The notes below the pieces were generated by a model that had not been told where the DNA came from, did not search any database, and saw nothing but the letters and a program-made list of their open reading frames with translations. Both the position numbers and the translations under genes were made by a program. Positions 60,242 to 64,000 of a stretch of 64,000 bases of DNA are shown here, in pieces (within the stretch, counting starts at the first letter, position 1; every line of letters begins with the position of its first letter). The DNA is from an uncultured Acidobacteriaceae bacterium (lineage in GTDB: Bacteria; Acidobacteriota; Terriglobia; Bryobacterales; Bryobacteraceae): the NCBI GenBank assembly GCA_963795445.1, contig CAWCHX010000017.1, forward strand, positions 281,743 through 345,742, read 5' to 3'.

Positions 60242-62809
60242 TTACTGAAACTGATTAACGAGTTGAATGAGCCCGACGGAAGCGCCGCCGTTCGAAACAT
60301 AATCGACTGTCACCGTAAACCGCGCGTTCGCCGGACAACTACTGAAATCCCATGTGACGGTAGTCTGCGCGGTGGCGCCTAACTGCAGGTCTGGAAAAGA
60401 AAACGGCAGGAGCGGTGAATCTCGCACCGGGGTACAGGCTGTTCCGAACGTTTGCGTCAGCATCAAGCCGACGAGTTGTGGGTTGTATGCAGTGCCCGGG
60501 CCGTTGTTGGTAATGTTGATGGTCCATTGGCGGGCGCCTGCAGTTCCGGACCTGGCCGAAATGGTTCCCGATTCGGAGGCGGCAGGTGTGGCCATGAATT
60601 TGCCGGTGACGCCTTTCGGGGCGTTCATGGACAGCACTTGCGGCGAACTCTCGCCGCTCAACGCGCCCTCGAAACCGGTAAAGACGAAACCCGGAGTAGC
60701 CGAAGCGCTGACGACGGCATCCGTCCCGGCCGCATACCAGTTCGCAGCGCCAGGCTGCGGCACAAGATTGCCGCCTATGCCGGGCTGGGCCTTGGTAGTC
60801 AGCTGATATTCGGTCAGGAAATTCGCGGTAAGAGGATTCAGCACGGGATCGGCTATACTCTCAGGGATCACGGTACGCGGATTACTGGTATCCCCGTCGG
60901 ACCAATTCTGGAAGGTGTAGCGAGTATCGCCGCTAGAGTCTGGCGCAGGCCAGGTCAGCGTACACGGGCCGCTCCAGAGTCCGGTATACGGGGTGATGAG
61001 TGTACCTGAAGGGCAGCCGGTCCCGCTCAGCGTGAAGCTGCGACCCGACGGCGCAGAAAGCACGCTTACGTCGGTTATCGTGAAAGCGTAGACTTCTCCG
61101 GCCTCTAAAATACCGTTTAGAGTCTTCCCGTGCGTGCCGATGAATGCGGTCCCCTCGCCGCTGAGCGCGACAGCACTGCCGAATTCGTCATCAGCAGCAG
61201 CGTCGGAAGCGGTTAGTGTCGTCTGCTGCGGCGACCACGTTCCCGTGGACCGCGTAAACACATACCCTGCCCCTGCCAGACCGTTCTTGCCGAGGGCCCC
61301 GATGAGCGCCGCGTTGCCATCATTGCTCAAAGCGACCGAGGAGCCGAAGTAATCGCCGGAAGCGCCACCCGACGCGATTAGCTTTTGCTGGGGCGACCAG
61401 CTTCCGTCAGACGAAGTAAACGCGTACGCTGCCCCTTGGCCGCTATTCCTGTTGTCTGCTCCGATGAGCGCCGTGTTCCCATCGCTGCTGAGTGACACCG
61501 ATATGCCGAACTGATCGCTCGCAGCGCCATCCCACGCGGTTAGCTCTTGCTGCTCTTGCTGCTGCGACCAGCTTCCGTCAGACGAAGTAAACGCGTACGC
61601 TGCCCCTTCGAGGTTGCTCTTGGGTGCTCCGATCAGCGCCATGTTGCCGCCTGCGCTCAGTGTCACAGAGTACCCGAACCTATTGTTGGGAGCGCGATCG
61701 GACGCGGTTAGCTCTTGCTGCTGATTCCAAAAGCCGCTGTAGCGCGCAAACGCGTAGGCTGCCCCTTCAAAGCCGTCTTTCCCGTATGCTCCGATGAGCG
61801 CCGTGTTGCCATCACTGCTCAAAGCGACCGAGGAGCCGAAGTAATCGCCGGAAGCGCCACCGGACGCGATTAGCTTTTGCTGCTCGTTCCAGGTGGCGCC
61901 GGAACGCGTAAACGCGTACGCTTCCCCTTGTGTGTCGTTCTTGCCGGGTGCTCCGATCAGCGCTGTGTTGCCATCACTGCTCAGGGCCACAGCGCTGCCG
62001 AAGGCGTCCTCACGGGCTCCATCGGAGGCGGCAAGCGTTGCCGCCAGCGCCCAGCCATCGGCGGAGCGCTGGAACACATAAGCTCCCCCTGTGAAGTTGT
62101 TCGTACCGAGTGCGCCAATCAACGCTGTCTTGCCATCGCTGCTCAGGGAGACAGAAGAGCCGAATTCCGTGGAATTTTTCTGGTCCGGGTTCTCCAGTTC
62201 GGTCTGTAAAACCGGATCGACCGTCACCGGATAGCGCGCGCCGGCATCATCCACCTCCAGCCGAATCTGCCGGTTGACCACCCGCAGGCGGGAGGGCAAC
62301 TTACGGCCCGTTGCATCCCAGCTCCGTATGCCGCCGTAGCGCAGCAAAGTTCCTGTCGCATCGCGAAACACGATTTCGTTACCGGAAACCGCCGCTTGCA
62401 GATCGCCAGCGGTCTGAAGCACGAGTGCTAGACTTCCGCCGCTGCGGGGTGCAAGTACAGTAAAACCTTGCTCCAGCCCCGCCGCGTTGTTCACGAACCA
62501 TTCCTGGACACGGCCATGATCGAACGTGACCCGGTTTGCGGATACAGAGGACCGGATTACCGAGCCGTTGTTCACAAGCGAGAGTGAGAAGTGTTTGCCC
62601 TGATAGGTGAACTCGGTGCTCACACCCTCGAACTGCATTTCAAGATGCTGCGCGTAATTTGTGGCGTGGTACCCCGCCGCATCGGCCTCGACGCGATAGC
62701 GTGCCGCATTCACCGCCTTCTGAAGATCGGGTGAAACGTTCGCGGCTCCGAGAAGCGTCGAGAAAGAGAAAACTAGGGTTGTTACTGATAGAACCTGATT
62801 TTTTGCCAT
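60242..62809 (-). CDS. large secreted FG-GAP-repeat (integrin-alpha-like seven-bladed beta-propeller) protein with N- and C-terminal beta-rich domains
   Basis: 855-aa intact ORF with signal peptide MAKNQVLSVTTLVFSFSTLLGA. It has seven units of about 50 aa with the pattern FGSSVALSSDGNTALIGAPGKN..GAAYAF.RS.G.WS.QQKL.ASDGA..D. Confidence 0.85.
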   Translation of the reverse strand: MAKNQVLSVTTLVFSFSTLLGAANVSPDLQKAVNAARYRVEADAAGYHATNYAQHLEMQFEGVSTEFTYQGKHFSLSLVNNGSVIRSSVSANRVTFDHGRVQEWFVNNAAGLEQGFTVLAPRSGGSLALVLQTAGDLQAAVSGNEIVFRDATGTLLRYGGIRSWDATGRKLPSRLRVVNRQIRLEVDDAGARYPVTVDPVLQTELENPDQKNSTEFGSSVSLSSDGKTALIGALGTNNFTGGAYVFQRSADGWALAATLAASDGAREDAFGSAVALSSDGNTALIGAPGKNDTQGEAYAFTRSGATWNEQQKLIASGGASGDYFGSSVALSSDGNTALIGAYGKDGFEGAAYAFARYSGFWNQQQELTASDRAPNNRFGYSVTLSAGGNMALIGAPKSNLEGAAYAFTSSDGSWSQQQEQQELTAWDGAASDQFGISVSLSSDGNTALIGADNRNSGQGAAYAFTSSDGSWSPQQKLIASGGASGDYFGSSVALSNDGNAALIGALGKNGLAGAGYVFTRSTGTWSPQQTTLTASDAAADDEFGSAVALSGEGTAFIGTHGKTLNGILEAGEVYAFTITDVSVLSAPSGRSFTLSGTGCPSGTLITPYTGLWSGPCTLTWPAPDSSGDTRYTFQNWSDGDTSNPRTVIPESIADPVLNPLTANFLTEYQLTTKAQPGIGGNLVPQPGAANWYAAGTDAVVSASATPGFVFTGFEGALSGESSPQVLSMNAPKGVTGKFMATPAASESGTISARSGTAGARQWTINITNNGPGTAYNPQLVGLMLTQTFGTACTPVRDSPLLPFSFPDLQLGATAQTTVTWDFSSCPANARFTVTVDYVSNGGASVGLIQLVNQFQ
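61110..62170 (-). repeat. in-frame tandem FG-GAP blade repeats with patches of near-identical nucleotide sequence
   Basis: For example, about 61300-61392 matches about 61793-61882 with only a few mismatches, and about 61396-61440 matches about 61566-61610 almost exactly. Confidence 0.8.
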
Positions 62810-62980
62810 ATCCGCTGGCCGTCCTTGGCCGCCTTCCCCGGCCTTCGCTTATTTCCTGAGAGCCGCCGCCTCATGCTGCGTAGGGCCTCGTGAAGGGGAT
62901 CGTAAGGCGTTTCCTGGCGCCGCGCAAGGCTGTACCGGCCACAACGGTGATCTGCCGCGGTTTCAAAAACTTGCGGTATC

Positions 62981-63009
62981 TTGCAGGGCAGGCTACAGCG
63001 CGCTACAAT
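62981..63009 (+). promoter_or_regulatory. candidate sigma-70 promoter TTGCAG-17 nt-TACAAT for the downstream gene
   Basis: -35 at 62981-62986 and -10 at 63004-63009, 65 nt upstream of the ATG at 63074. Sequence prediction only. Confidence 0.35.
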
Positions 63010-63073
63010 ACCGCTACCTTTAGGGTTTCACCGCGAATAATCAATGTCAGGGGCAACCGAGCGACAGAGAGGT

Positions 63074-64000
63074 ATGCAGCCAAGCCGAGCTGAGATCACG
63101 GCACAGCTCGAAGCCATGCTCGCAGACAAATCTTTTGCCGGAGCCGATCGACTGAGCAGAATGCTCCGCTACCTGGTCGAGACCGCGGTCCGTGGGGGCG
63201 GCTCCGATCTGAAGGAATACACAGTCGGCGTCGAGGTCTTTGACCGGGACGCAGCGTACGATCCCCGGACCGACTCCGTGGTCCGGGTGCACGGAACGCG
63301 CCTTCGATCAAAGCTGGCCGAGTATTACGCCTCGACCGGGGTGAATGAAAGGGTGATTATCGAGCTGCCGAAAGGCGGCTATATTCCGGCTTTCCGATAC
63401 CGGGCTGAGGTGAGCGCCGGGCCGCGCATGATCACGCTCGAACCACGCTCTTCGGCCCTGCTTGCGCCGGGCGTCGTCAGCCGACGGCGCACGTTCGCCT
63501 GGATCGCTACCGCAGCCGTTGCCATTGTACTCATCACGGCCGGTGTTGCCGTTGTCCGGCATTTCCTGGCAAAACCGCCCGCGCCGGGCCGCAGCGTTGT
63601 CAGGCCGATTACCTCGATGACCGGCAATCAACGTTTTCCGAGCTTTTCGCCTGACGGGAGTGAGATCGTTTTTTCCTGGGAAGGGGAGAACGCGGCGGCC
63701 CCGGGCCTCTACATCACGACGCGCGACGGGGGGCCCGTTCGGCGACTGACCAGCGATCCCGAACCGGAGCGCGCCCCCGCCTGGTCGCCGGATGGGCGCA
63801 GTATCGCCTTTATCCGCGGTGAACACAGCGTGATGCTGGTTTCTCCGGTCGGCGGGTCGGCCCGAAAAATGGCGGATACGGACGGGAAGTTCGTATCGTG
63901 GACGCCGGACGCTGAATCGGTGCTCATATCGAAGAGGCAGCCTTCAGGGAACGTCCTGTATGCCGTATCTGTGGCAACGGGCCAGCAGCGAGCGTTAACA
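63074..64000 (+). CDS. membrane-anchored protein with N-terminal regulator-like domain and TolB-like (PD40) beta-propeller; 3' end outside the window
   Basis: Not in the ORF track because it is open-ended. From the ATG at 63074 there are 309 codons without a stop. It reads ...FAGADRLSRMLRYLVETAVRGGGSDLKEYTVGVEVFDRDAAYDPRTDSVVRVHGTRLRSKLAEYY...ELPKGGYIPAF, has a TM helix (FAWIATAAVAIVLITAGVAVV), then PD40 motifs (FPSFSPDGSEIVF, PAWSPDGRSIAF). Confidence 0.75.
   Translation, partial: MQPSRAEITAQLEAMLADKSFAGADRLSRMLRYLVETAVRGGGSDLKEYTVGVEVFDRDAAYDPRTDSVVRVHGTRLRSKLAEYYASTGVNERVIIELPKGGYIPAFRYRAEVSAGPRMITLEPRSSALLAPGVVSRRRTFAWIATAAVAIVLITAGVAVVRHFLAKPPAPGRSVVRPITSMTGNQRFPSFSPDGSEIVFSWEGENAAAPGLYITTRDGGPVRRLTSDPEPERAPAWSPDGRSIAFIRGEHSVMLVSPVGGSARKMADTDGKFVSWTPDAESVLISKRQPSGNVLYAVSVATGQQRALT

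Noticed and set aside
61110-62170. Tandem repeats considered as a non-coding repeat array or CRISPR-like structure
   Set aside because: The repeats are about 150 nt long and contiguous, with no unique spacers. They lie entirely in frame within a long ORF encoding FG-GAP blades.

Overview
This 64-kb window reads as a chromosomal segment of an Acidobacteriota (Terriglobia-like) genome of about 58-60% GC. The taxon call is an inference from several lineage-typical families. These are three MacB/FtsX-type duplicated ADOP permeases (one behind a PadR regulator), a TIGR03436-type VWA protein, two PEP-CTERM proteins, and a TIGR02999-type ECF sigma factor paired with a Ser/Thr kinase carrying TPR repeats. 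Most of the content is housekeeping or ordinary accessory metabolism. I found no rRNA, tRNA, CRISPR array, intact mobile element, or recognisable defence system or biosynthetic cluster.

Recognisable genes, in order:
- ogt
- a class V aminotransferase
- a phosphohexomutase
- an OSBS/NAAAR enolase-family enzyme with a GNAT partner
- an S53 sedolisin
- an LpxL-type acyltransferase
- mnmA with a cysteine desulfurase
- a homocysteine-methyltransferase/MTHFR fusion
- tsaC
- the xseB-ispA-tlyA-nadK-gltP string
- mscL
- a class III aminotransferase
- a methylmalonyl-CoA mutase catalytic subunit
- an ArsR/SRPBCC pair
- an aldo-keto reductase
- an OxyR-linked ferritin-like/ferredoxin/MFS cluster
- moeA-moaC-mogA
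- a seven-bladed FG-GAP protein

The most striking property is the number and distribution of frame disruptions. By manual reading there are roughly three dozen frameshifts or nonsense breaks in about 17 genes, including mnmA, moeA, moaC and the phosphohexomutase. Thirteen ORFs longer than 1.1 kb (about 23 kb in total) are completely intact. Two genes, a GH30 hydrolase and the PadR-linked ADOP permease, each carry at least 8 breaks and look like real pseudogenes. The single breaks could be assembly indels.

Secondary points of interest:
- a textbook MerR (PbrR/CadR/ZntR-like) 19-bp-spacer promoter aimed at a small four-helix membrane protein instead of an efflux pump
- an orphan ketoacyl synthase with an insertion of about 100 aa
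- an S53 peptidase with a second prodomain-like module at its C-terminus
- a decayed islet holding an FRG-domain remnant
- inverted IS91-family transposase remnants

I did not find a convincing novel multi-gene system.
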